IMG/VR virus record: IMGVR_UViG_3300014050_000018
Location: 1-64,000 of that record
Source: an uncultured virus (IMG/VR IMGVR_UViG_3300014050_000018)
Lineage: Duplodnaviria > Heunggongvirae > Uroviricota > Caudoviricetes
Length of the DNA stretch: 64,000 nucleotides
Direction: 5' to 3' (one strand)
The notes under the pieces were generated by a model. That model saw nothing but the letters and a program-made list of their open reading frames with translations. It did no database searches and was not told where the DNA came from. Below are positions 55,404 through 64,000 of the stretch, in pieces (position 1 is the stretch's first letter; each line of letters starts with the position of its first letter). A program made the translations under genes and the position numbers.

Positions 55404-56095
55404 CGTTTACGCTTCTTCTTCTTGCTGCTCTTAGGAGCAGATCTGGCGGGAGCAAAACCACCACCCCCGGATCTCTCGGCTATCTCATCACCCACACCGG
55501 TGAACTTCAGGTTGGCGACTTCGGAGCTCAGATCGACATCATCGAACATCACATTGAATATCTCCAACGCCGCGTCAGCCAGCATATTCTCCAAGCCCTG
55601 AGTTGTCTTCGCCCCAGTCAACCAGGGCTTTCTCCTATCCACGCTCGCCGCGTAGCCCATGGTATTAAGCACCTCGTAGACTCCCTGGCTCCTACGGTTT
55701 ACAAGGTGGGCGCCGTAGAGCCTTCCGGTGATGATCCGTACGCCCTCCTCCTTGTACCTTCTCTTGAGGAATTGAATAACTGCGCCGTCGGGGTTCTGGG
55801 CCTCCAGATACCCCTCGAGTTCCTTGATAGCGCTCTCTGCGCGCATAACGAGCGCTTCGCCGGGACGGCCTTTGTACTCCACTTCGACGTTGGCCTCGCC
55901 CAGGGCCCTGATGTACTGCGAGAAGTTATACTCTACCTCCTCGGTGTATTTTTCCGCAACGTGGGCGAGCATGGCTTTCCTCACACCCTCCATCTGAGTC
56001 TGGAGGATCTGGGATTTGGCGGTCTCCATGATCTGCTTCTTCGAGCTGGAGAGCACCGAGCCCATGATGGCTGAGGCTAGGGCCCGATAGATCAT
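55400..56095 (-). CDS. hypothetical (probably virion morphogenesis) protein
   Basis: 231 aa ORF, ATGA-coupled to tail hydrolase; basic C-terminal tail. Confidence 0.65.
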   Translation of the reverse strand: MIYRALASAIMGSVLSSSKKQIMETAKSQILQTQMEGVRKAMLAHVAEKYTEEVEYNFSQYIRALGEANVEVEYKGRPGEALVMRAESAIKELEGYLEAQNPDGAVIQFLKRRYKEEGVRIITGRLYGAHLVNRRSQGVYEVLNTMGYAASVDRRKPWLTGAKTTQGLENMLADAALEIFNVMFDDVDLSSEVANLKFTGVGDEIAERSGGGGFAPARSAPKSSKKKKRKR

Positions 56096-59000
56096 GACGG
56101 TTTATCGCATTTTATCTGCTTTACGACCTGCTCGGCCAAAGCCGCTCTGTTTGCCGCGTCCAGCGCCTGAGGTCGTTCAAACTCTCTTCTGAAAATAATC
56201 GCTGCGTCTCCAGCGCTCTTAGCCTGGTTCATTCGCGATATCATACCGCCGTACCCTTTTAACTCTGAGACTAGAAAACTGAGCTGCTGCTGGAGGGAGC
56301 AGTTTCTGCCGCACTTGTAGTTGTTCGCTAGGTCGTCCGCTCTACTTCCACACCACTGAGCAAGACCATAACCAACGGTCCCCAGGACTCTAGATGGCGT
56401 GCTTCCGCACCCAGCCCCTGGACTCGCGCCGTTATGCACATTGAAGTTTATCCCGCTCTCCTTCTGGAAGTTGCCAAGCACCCCCGCAAACGCGTTCGGA
56501 GTGTTAAACCCCGCGGAATAGAGGGCGTTGATCACGGAATCCTTTGTCCCGTCCCCTGTTTTGCAGTTTGCCTGGGGAAAGGACGTGGAGGTATCGCTTG
56601 GAGACGTGGAGTCACTGCCCTGGCTGAGGAAGGTGCTGAGCGCTTGGGCCTCGGGGCAACGTTCCTCGGTTGAGTCCTTGCCACTCTCGGTTATCCAGTT
56701 CAGTCCGCCTATCGACCGGATGTAGTCGTAGTAGTTGGACGAGATCTTGGCGTCTCCGCTTTCCCGCATGCTCTTCAGGTAATTTTGGAAGGTAGGTACT
56801 GTGGTTTTTATTGTTCCCCAGGCTGTGACTCCCTCGATCTGAACTCTCAGATCTCCATCTCGCCACCTGTATTCGCACTCACTCACGAACCAGTTCTTGA
56901 AGCGGTTAGCAATCCAGACGCCCGGATCTCTGCTGGCCGGTCTGCCCTCTTCCACCCACGCATCGTAGTCGGTGATGAAGGAGAGGATGGTGCGGCCAGG
57001 GATGATACGCAGGGCTCTGGGCACTCCTTTGAAGCTCGTCTCGACCATAAGGCCGGAGGTTGTTGGTGAGCCCTGTATGGTCGGGTTATTCTTACCCCCT
57101 CCGGAGGAGGTAGAGAGACCTGCGATGTTTGGCGGAATAGACTTATCCTGTAGGTGCGCGAGGATCATCTCCTTGCCATCGGGACGTTTTATGATTACGG
57201 CGTTCCCGTATCCTCTCCAGTTTTCTTTGGTTTCCACGATCGTCGCCCCTCCAGTAACAAAGACTGGCTGACCGTTTATCTTCTCGCCGCCGGGTCCGGG
57301 TCCGGAGAAGTCTATACCGTAATGCATTCCCCCAGTTCTAGGACCGTAGGGTGAGTAAACGCCCCAAGCGCTGGCCGGTTTGCCCGCGATAAGAACATAC
57401 GGATCAACATCGGCTGCGGTAATAGGTTGCCCCCGGCCTCCGGGTTGAGTAAATGGGCCAAACTCGGCGTGAAGGTGGGGACCACTGGACTCCCCGGTAG
57501 ATCCTACTCTGCCAACATTGATCGAAGACGCCGCGGACGCAGACGCGGAAGAAGCAGCACCAGCAGCAGTAGTTCCAGTCCGAGCCTTTTCGGCGGCGAT
57601 GGCCCGCATTACCGGATCGCCTAATTGAGCATACAACTTCTCTCTCGTGGCTGGGTCAGAGGACCTAGACGCCGTTAACGTGGCGCTGTCCATCCTACCC
57701 AACTCTACGATCGTAACTCCCCTATCACCGGCACCAAGACACCCGGAGTGGTTCTTACCAAATGCTCCATATGAGGAGGCCAGAGTGTCATCTAGAACTC
57801 CGATGTTATTAGCGTACCTACCGCACGGAGGTATGACACCGGAGCTTCCACTCGCTTGGTCCATGTGCAGATCGATGGCTTTACCACCCGCATCAACAAC
57901 TTTTTTACCCTGAGTCCAAAGTGCGTTGGGATTATTAACGTCTGAGATATTTGTTGTTGAAGATGGTATGTTAAACTCTACGTACCCCTGAAGACCGTAC
58001 TTGGATACATTTCTCTGCATCCAAAGCGCTACCTCCCTCACCAGAGCCTTCTCCCCAGCGGCACCGGTCTGACCTGTGGTGATGTCTCCGTGGCCGGGGG
58101 TAATCAGTACCTTATTAGGTTTCTGGGTGTTATTAGCGCTCCAGTCCTTAAGATTCGCTTTCGGGGCTGCGGGTACCACCGCACCGACCGGAGATGTCGT
58201 AGGAGCGTTACTGGTAACAGAGGGAGAAGGAGCGGGTGGTATCTCGGTCTCGGGGAACGCCCAGTCCCATACGATCTTAGGGTTCAAGGTCGTTACCTGG
58301 CCGCTGTGCCCAACAATATAGAACCGGACAAACTCTTTCTTCTCGGAGGTGGATGTACCGATCTCCTGATTGATCTCGACTTTGTCCTTAGCCTTCACCT
58401 TCACCGTGGTGAGACCTGTGGACTCCTGGAGGATGGGTCTGTAGAAGCACTTCTTACTCCCCTCCTTCTCGCAGATATGCAGGGAGAAGTTGGTCTTGAT
58501 GAGAATGCGACCGTCGGCCTGGCTTGCCTCCTGTACATCACCGCTCAGAAACGAGATGGAAGTGGTGCCGTTGGGAGCAACACCGAACAGATTCAGGCCA
58601 TCCTTGCTTATTTTTGTGGCCTCCTCGTTGATGACTTGGATGCCTTTGGTGTTGGCGGAAGCTGCCTGCTGATCGCGCCACACGTACCCGGTGGCTGTAG
58701 GGGCCCCTTTAACGTTCTTTGGTACCTTCTCGAATAGCCCTGGAAAGGCGATCTTCTTCACCTTCTCCATTGCCTTCTTTCTCTTTTGAGGCGTTACATC
58801 GCTGATGAAGTAGGTGCTGGCTTTGAAAGCGTCGGAGACGTACGGGTCTTTATTGTTTATATTAGAGGAAAATTCGGCGTTAAGAGCTAATGCGGTTAGC
58901 TCCGGCTGGCCAGAGATCTCATAGCCCTCGTAGAGTCCTTTGCCGAGATAGAATACAGAGCATCCCTGATTGACCTCACCGCGCGTGCACATCGAGATCT

Positions 59001-59808
59001 TATTGGCGTACTCGCGGATGGGCAGGGAGAGCGAATTGCCGTTGACGGAGTCAAGAACTTTTTTGATAGCTTCGCCGGTGGTTATACCGGTGTAACGCAC
59101 AGTGCGTGGGAGTATTCTCTTTCTCTCCGGCTCAGAGTTTGAGTTGGCGCAGAACGACACGGAGTAGCCAAGGCTCTCGGCGAGCTTCTTGAGCGCCTGC
59201 TCGATCTCGACTCCCTCGTCGAGAGTCATATTCACGAGGGACTGGTTGAATATCACGGACCTTGCTTCCACTCCGCGGATGGTGACGCTGGGGTACTTGG
59301 TCCCGTGGGAGACCGAAAATCCACTCACGCGGAAGTAGAAGTCGGTGCCGAAAGACGTTCCCTTCACATCGTACCACAACGACACGAGGAGGAACGGGAA
59401 GTTCTTGATCCCGAGTCCTGAGGAGTCCTCGCCTTCCACCGCGGTGTCTACGTACTTGAAGCACTTATCAACGTACGGGTCCTGGCCTTCCTCGCAGGGT
59501 GGCAGGAGAATGTTATTCGCCGCGGCCACGTTGGCCTGAGTGTACAGCTGTGCGGCGTCAAACAGGGCCGGCCATGCCAACCCGGTTAGGTACGGATCGG
59601 AGATGGTTACCGAGCAAGTCGACTGTGAGAGAGCGTTGGTGGCCGCGGTGGCAGGTGTTGAAGCGTCCGCGCTAGCAAAAGCTAGATTGGGTTGCCACTT
59701 TAGTTTTACGCTCAACTCCTGAACCTGCCTCTCATCAAAGACGATGAGCTGCTCCGACCCGTAAGGCCTATAACCTACACGTGCTCTGCAGCGATACAGA
59801 CTCGACAC
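56092..59808 (-). CDS. baseplate hub-like protein with amidase_3, permuted M23 peptidase and tail-lysozyme domains
   Basis: LITPGHG..GE..DLHMD..IVELG; GSTGESSGPHLH then HYGID..GYGN..LAHL; GVLGNFQKES..GYGLAQW..FERP. Confidence 0.85.
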   Translation of the reverse strand: MSSLYRCRARVGYRPYGSEQLIVFDERQVQELSVKLKWQPNLAFASADASTPATAATNALSQSTCSVTISDPYLTGLAWPALFDAAQLYTQANVAAANNILLPPCEEGQDPYVDKCFKYVDTAVEGEDSSGLGIKNFPFLLVSLWYDVKGTSFGTDFYFRVSGFSVSHGTKYPSVTIRGVEARSVIFNQSLVNMTLDEGVEIEQALKKLAESLGYSVSFCANSNSEPERKRILPRTVRYTGITTGEAIKKVLDSVNGNSLSLPIREYANKISMCTRGEVNQGCSVFYLGKGLYEGYEISGQPELTALALNAEFSSNINNKDPYVSDAFKASTYFISDVTPQKRKKAMEKVKKIAFPGLFEKVPKNVKGAPTATGYVWRDQQAASANTKGIQVINEEATKISKDGLNLFGVAPNGTTSISFLSGDVQEASQADGRILIKTNFSLHICEKEGSKKCFYRPILQESTGLTTVKVKAKDKVEINQEIGTSTSEKKEFVRFYIVGHSGQVTTLNPKIVWDWAFPETEIPPAPSPSVTSNAPTTSPVGAVVPAAPKANLKDWSANNTQKPNKVLITPGHGDITTGQTGAAGEKALVREVALWMQRNVSKYGLQGYVEFNIPSSTTNISDVNNPNALWTQGKKVVDAGGKAIDLHMDQASGSSGVIPPCGRYANNIGVLDDTLASSYGAFGKNHSGCLGAGDRGVTIVELGRMDSATLTASRSSDPATREKLYAQLGDPVMRAIAAEKARTGTTAAGAASSASASAASSINVGRVGSTGESSGPHLHAEFGPFTQPGGRGQPITAADVDPYVLIAGKPASAWGVYSPYGPRTGGMHYGIDFSGPGPGGEKINGQPVFVTGGATIVETKENWRGYGNAVIIKRPDGKEMILAHLQDKSIPPNIAGLSTSSGGGKNNPTIQGSPTTSGLMVETSFKGVPRALRIIPGRTILSFITDYDAWVEEGRPASRDPGVWIANRFKNWFVSECEYRWRDGDLRVQIEGVTAWGTIKTTVPTFQNYLKSMRESGDAKISSNYYDYIRSIGGLNWITESGKDSTEERCPEAQALSTFLSQGSDSTSPSDTSTSFPQANCKTGDGTKDSVINALYSAGFNTPNAFAGVLGNFQKESGINFNVHNGASPGAGCGSTPSRVLGTVGYGLAQWCGSRADDLANNYKCGRNCSLQQQLSFLVSELKGYGGMISRMNQAKSAGDAAIIFRREFERPQALDAANRAALAEQVVKQIKCDKPS

Positions 59809-59820
59809 ATCTTGCTCTTA

Positions 59821-60552
59821 TCAGGCGACGGCAACGACCGTGGCCAGAGCCGCGGTCTTCTGAGTAGCGCCGGTGGAGACGGTGGTGTTGACATTGAGAG
59901 CGACAACCTGACCGACCTTGAACCCACCACCGGCTGTGGTGATGGATCCGATCGCGGTGATCTTGCCCGCTGTGAGGGTGGCGGTGGCCACACCGAAAGC
60001 GTAACCGGCGGGATTGGTCGTCTCGGTCGACTCGATCTTGATCGACACTGTGCCAGTGGTCGTGGTACCATTTGTAGTGTAGCCGCTTCCCTGCTTCTCG
60101 AGTGTGAGGGTTACCAGGCCACCAACAGGGGCTTGAGGGGCGGGAACAACTTCGGCGATAATCGCGGAGATGACTTCGGCTAGGTTGAATGTAGCGACCA
60201 TGAAGTGAAAATCCTCCTCGCCTTCCATGCCCACGTAGCGGGTAACGTTGACGAGCAAGTCGTTGATCGCGGTCTTGTCAGTGGCGGGGACATCAGCGTT
60301 GGCGTTGAGGGCCTCGCAGATATACTCGAGAAGGCCGTAAGCGGCTTTCTTCGCCTCGAAGCCCATTGTAGGCCCAGCCTTGACAAACGAGTTGTAGAGC
60401 GCGAGGCGGTTGGCGGCTGTGTTCGATCCGTTGGAGTAGGATGAGACGAGGGCGTCTGTACGGGCCTCGTCCAGAAATTCCTGAAGCTTGATCTTGTACT
60501 CGAATTGGATTCCGAGTGTGCGATATAGACCTTGGTTTAGAATAGTAGCCAT
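59821..60552 (-). CDS. putative virion structural protein (T/A/G-rich beta C-terminus)
   Basis: 243 aa ORF; GTTTAAAG at 60605-60612. Confidence 0.6.
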   Translation of the reverse strand: MATILNQGLYRTLGIQFEYKIKLQEFLDEARTDALVSSYSNGSNTAANRLALYNSFVKAGPTMGFEAKKAAYGLLEYICEALNANADVPATDKTAINDLLVNVTRYVGMEGEEDFHFMVATFNLAEVISAIIAEVVPAPQAPVGGLVTLTLEKQGSGYTTNGTTTTGTVSIKIESTETTNPAGYAFGVATATLTAGKITAIGSITTAGGGFKVGQVVALNVNTTVSTGATQKTAALATVVAVA

Positions 60553-60606
60553 GGTGGAGTAATACTTCCGGATCCCTTCTATCGTGAGGGTGTAGTCGAT
60601 ATATCT

Positions 60607-61194
60607 TTAAACAGAGATAAGACGATCGAGCAGATCGAAATCCCGGTCGGTGTCGCGAAGGACGGTATGCGGGAGAAGGGAGTAGTGGTTGAGGTAGTTA
60701 TGCATGTAATCGTAGTAGGCGTAGTGCTCGGCCTCACGCGCCTTCATCTTATTCTTGATCCACCAGGCCGTGGCGTCCGGGTACTCCTCTCGTACCTCGA
60801 TGAGATGGTGGGGCTGGCTCCATTCCCACTCCCGCTCGAGAAGGAACACTTTCACGTCCGAACTACGCTCCAGGAAGTAAGACTCAGCGGCTTGGGCCCA
60901 CTCGTGGGAGATAGAGATCCGCCTACGAAACTCGTCGTAGAAACAGACTTCAGAGAACCCACGATCGCACAGGATGAACTCCGGCATCGTCTCCAAGACG
61001 GAGTCGAAGGGCCCGATGTACTGCCCGATGGGACTGGAGTGGCAGGGCTTGGGGCCGGAGAAGTGCAAGGCGGTGGCGTCAATGTCCCGACGCCGGAATC
61101 GCTCGAGGGTATTCTCGATGATGGTGGATTTGCCGACTCTATCAGCTCCTAGCAGAACGACTGTAACGGGTTTGAACATCGGAAGTGAGATCAT
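60607..61194 (-). CDS. dNMP (thymidylate-kinase-like) kinase
   Basis: LLGADRVGKST P-loop, ILCDRGFSE. Confidence 0.85.
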   Translation of the reverse strand: MISLPMFKPVTVVLLGADRVGKSTIIENTLERFRRRDIDATALHFSGPKPCHSSPIGQYIGPFDSVLETMPEFILCDRGFSEVCFYDEFRRRISISHEWAQAAESYFLERSSDVKVFLLEREWEWSQPHHLIEVREEYPDATAWWIKNKMKAREAEHYAYYDYMHNYLNHYSLLPHTVLRDTDRDFDLLDRLISV

Positions 61195-61360
61195 AGTAGT
61201 CGTATTATATCATGGATTTTGGCTCGTGGTCAAGAGCGCGCGCTGGCGCGCAAACGCCCGTAGCCCAGTGCATAGTAACTTTTTTACTATTACTTTTTAC
61301 TAACGTACTAAAATACTAAAGTTTAAAGTAGAGATATACGATTTTGTACAGAGCAGGAAC

Positions 61361-61702
61361 ATGCCCGCTACTCCGCAACCTCCTTACCACCGCTGGGGGG
61401 TAAGATTCACAGCCGATCCCACACACAACCTGGCCTACCTTCAAACTGAGCACGACGAGGATGCCTCCTTCGTTTACAGAGGCGAACTCTTTCTCAATGA
61501 GGCACTCGACCAGGCGTACTACGTCGACAGCACCGGAGTGGCGAGAAAGCTCGGCGGCAGGGACCCAGTTCCCTTCTCGCAGATCGATTTTACAGGATTA
61601 CGTAACTTCACCGACGATGCCGCCGCGGCAGCCGCGTCACCCGCCGTCCCAGTTGGTGGAATGTACAGGACCGGAAGCGCGCTCAAGGTCCGAGTGGTTT
61701 AA
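61361..61702 (+). CDS. hypothetical virion protein
   Basis: GELFLN; C-terminal FTDDAAAAAA..VPVGGMYRTGSALKVR; GTTTAAAG at 61321. Confidence 0.7.
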   Translation: MPATPQPPYHRWGVRFTADPTHNLAYLQTEHDEDASFVYRGELFLNEALDQAYYVDSTGVARKLGGRDPVPFSQIDFTGLRNFTDDAAAAAASPAVPVGGMYRTGSALKVRVV

Positions 61703-61765
61703 AGATTGTCAGGATGTGAAAACACTTCTACATGTCCCATAAGCATGGATTAGAGTGACCCGAAG

Positions 61766-61798
61766 GCCCGAGGAGTTAGTAACTCCCGGGTCTTTTTT
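61766..61798 (+). terminator. intrinsic terminator
   Basis: GCCCGAGGAGTT-AGT-AACTCCCGGGT followed by CTTTTTT. Confidence 0.7.
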
Positions 61799-61822
61799 CG
61801 CACCTGCACTAGATGTAAATCT

Positions 61823-62570
61823 CATGGCCAGAAAATCAACACGGAAACAGCGCCAGCTCGAGGATAACAATCTGCTCTCGTCGGAAAGCACAGCTCCGCA
61901 GCCTAAGTTCCAAGAAAATCGTGTTATTATGCCTCGCAATCCCAACCAGGTGGACGCGATGAGATACCTGCGCACGAAAACTCTAACCCTTCTCTCAGGG
62001 CCCCCGGGCACCGCTAAAACCCTCCTTGCTACGTACATTGCCTGCGAAAAGTTACAGAAACGTGAGATCGACAAGATCTACTACGTGAAACCGGTTGTCA
62101 ATGTCCCAGGCGAGCAGGGCCTAGGCTTCCTGCCAGGCAACCTCGACGAGAAGATTGCGCCCCATATCAGCCCGATCCGCGACTCGTTGGAGGTGTTCAT
62201 GCCTAAGGGCAAGGCCGAGTACCTCCTCTCGAAGAAGCACATCGAGTTTCTCCCCATCGAGCACCTCAGAGGACGTTCGCTGCACCGCTGCATGATCATC
62301 GCCGACGAGATGCAGAACGCCACCACGCATAGCGTCATGACGATTCTCACCCGCCTCGGGGACGGATCGAGCGTGGCGGTACTGGGAGACGTAGTCCAGC
62401 GCGACCTGGCCAACCGGTTCGGTGGAGATGGCCTATCCGACGCTCTCAATCGCCTTCGCTTCCTCCCGGATGTGGGGCATGTTGAGTTCGGGTTTGATGA
62501 CATTGTCCGCTCGGAATTTGTTCAGTCCGTCATCAGAGCGTACGCCGATCTGTATACCTCCTCAAAGTAA
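61823..62570 (+). CDS. phoH: PhoH-like ATPase
   Basis: GPPGTAKT, LGFLPG, LRGRS, IIADEMQN, LTRLG, GDVVQRD, DIVRS; start probably ATG 61823. Confidence 0.95.
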
Positions 62571-62611
62571 CGAGAGGGTTTAAAGTATACTATACGTAGT
62601 GCCCTGAGAAG

Positions 62612-64000
62612 ATGCCCAAGTCAAAAAGCGGCGGAAGACTGAGAACCTCCAGAACCCAACCGATTCCTTTCTCCCAGAGAGACAGCGCCGGGACCGAAGT
62701 CAAGTACTTTGGTCTCAAGCGCGACGAAGCTCTCAGCGACCTAGAGTCTAATGACAAGGCACTGGCCGAGGTTCTAAGGGACATCCAGGATCCGGCCGAG
62801 GCCGCCACTCTTGGGCAGTTCGGTCCGTCCGACCTGCAGATCCTCGACGGTGTTGTTAGATTCGACCTGAAGAAAGAGGACTTCGAGATCCTAGAGGGCT
62901 CCTCCATCAACGCCGAAGACAGCCAGGGAGTATCAGCGCCCCTCGTCAATCCGCGTCAGCGTATCGCGGATCGCATCGCGCAATCCGAAAGATTCGCCGG
63001 GCGCGGAACAAACTACCAGGGCCAGGGCACCGTCCTCTACAAGTACTACGTTCCGGAAACCCAACCAGTCGGCTCCTCGAATAAGTACTCGCATACCAAC
63101 TTACCTCCGTTCTTCACCGAGGCGATCACCTCCACCGTGGAGAACTCCGCGGACTTCGTCCCCACTACCTCAACGCAGATCTCCAACACCCACCGTATAG
63201 GCTACATCGAGAACGGCGTGTTCGTACCCGAGTCCGAAGTCGAGTACTGGTGGAGCGGTGAGTACGACCACTACATGAACGACGTCTCCGAGTACGGAGG
63301 ACAGACTCAGTCGGCTCTAACTAACCCCAAGTTCCCTATTGTTCGGGACGGGAACATGAGATTCGATCAGCTCGCGCCTCGCGGGATCAACACTCGGTAT
63401 AACTGGGGACTAAGATTTGACGCCTGGTTCAGGAGGGGGGACTTTACGCCAGGCTCTACAATGATGAGGTGGGCGGCGCAGGTAAACGGGCACCTTCGCA
63501 TTGACTACTTTGAAAAGACAGGATATAACTCGACAACGGGCGCCATTGAGGGAGTCTGGAGAACCGCGCTTAACACCGCGGATGCCGCAACCCACTACAC
63601 CCAATTATCCAAAGAAAGCGCCTCACCCAACGCTTTGGGCGGCCGCCTGTACTACGTTCAGGGTGGGCCTACGACCCCGCTGGGCACCGGTACAGGAACC
63701 CTGGCTTCCCAGCGTTCGTTAGCCAATGGCGGGGCCTTAGATCTCGCCGACACCTACCTCGATAGGGAGGGGAATACCATCAACACCTTTAATGGGGACT
63801 ACGTTCCCGTAGTGATCCGTTTCTGGTATGGCCAGCCCTCTACTGACCCCACGCAGACAAATATCGCAACAAAGCAGCCTTTGGGCCCCGCAGCATTCTT
63901 CATCCAGATGCTGGATACCAATCTATCTACAGCGGATCTGGCCAAGTGGAACGACTACTCCTCCCAGCTCAAGCTAACGTGGAGTTCGGCGCAGAGCGCT
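62612..64000 (+). CDS. large virion structural protein (partial, runs off window; not in ORF track)
   Basis: read manually: MPKSKSGGRLRTS...KYFGLKRDEALSDL...; no stop seen in the translated part; GTTTAAAG at 62578-62585. Confidence 0.75.
   Translation, partial: MPKSKSGGRLRTSRTQPIPFSQRDSAGTEVKYFGLKRDEALSDLESNDKALAEVLRDIQDPAEAATLGQFGPSDLQILDGVVRFDLKKEDFEILEGSSINAEDSQGVSAPLVNPRQRIADRIAQSERFAGRGTNYQGQGTVLYKYYVPETQPVGSSNKYSHTNLPPFFTEAITSTVENSADFVPTTSTQISNTHRIGYIENGVFVPESEVEYWWSGEYDHYMNDVSEYGGQTQSALTNPKFPIVRDGNMRFDQLAPRGINTRYNWGLRFDAWFRRGDFTPGSTMMRWAAQVNGHLRIDYFEKTGYNSTTGAIEGVWRTALNTADAATHYTQLSKESASPNALGGRLYYVQGGPTTPLGTGTGTLASQRSLANGGALDLADTYLDREGNTINTFNGDYVPVVIRFWYGQPSTDPTQTNIATKQPLGPAAFFIQMLDTNLSTADLAKWNDYSSQLKLTWSSAQSA

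Noticed and set aside
1..64000. CRISPR arrays, tRNA/rRNA genes, IS elements, integrase, photosystem genes, genome-wide stop-codon reassignment
   Set aside because: None seen by eye; long genes end cleanly at TAA, TAG and TGA under the standard code. tRNAscan and CRISPR finders were not run.

Overview
64 kb of a large lytic, contractile-tailed (myovirus-like) dsDNA phage genome, most likely a cyanophage. Host clues are a Mo-nitro_C-like protein, tandem glnA-type glutamine riboswitches, PhoH, Hsp20, ThyX and a group-3-like sigma factor. The window holds tail and baseplate genes, the terminase large subunit (split only by an N gap), a lysis pair, primase/SF3 helicase/5'-3' exonuclease, and nucleotide-metabolism genes (ThyX, NrdA-glutaredoxin fusion, NrdB, dNMP kinase, dNTP pyrophosphatase). 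I recognised no capsid, portal, tRNA, CRISPR or integrase genes. Main observations: (1) at least nine otherwise unrelated proteins, including two ADP-ribosyltransferases and an HNH nuclease, share a short [IV]P[ED]GW peptide that may be a virion-loading tag; (2) a ThyA-fold enzyme has the dCMP-specifying Asp, implying C5-modified cytosine DNA; (3) a putative SSB gene has its terminal hexapeptide DLNLDF repeated in frame, with synonymous codons, after the stop codon; (4) tandem glutamine riboswitches precede a 39-aa ORF; (5) two promoter classes can be read from the sequence, GTTTAAAG before virion genes and extended -10 boxes before metabolic genes. All protein calls come from motif recognition by eye; no database searches were run.
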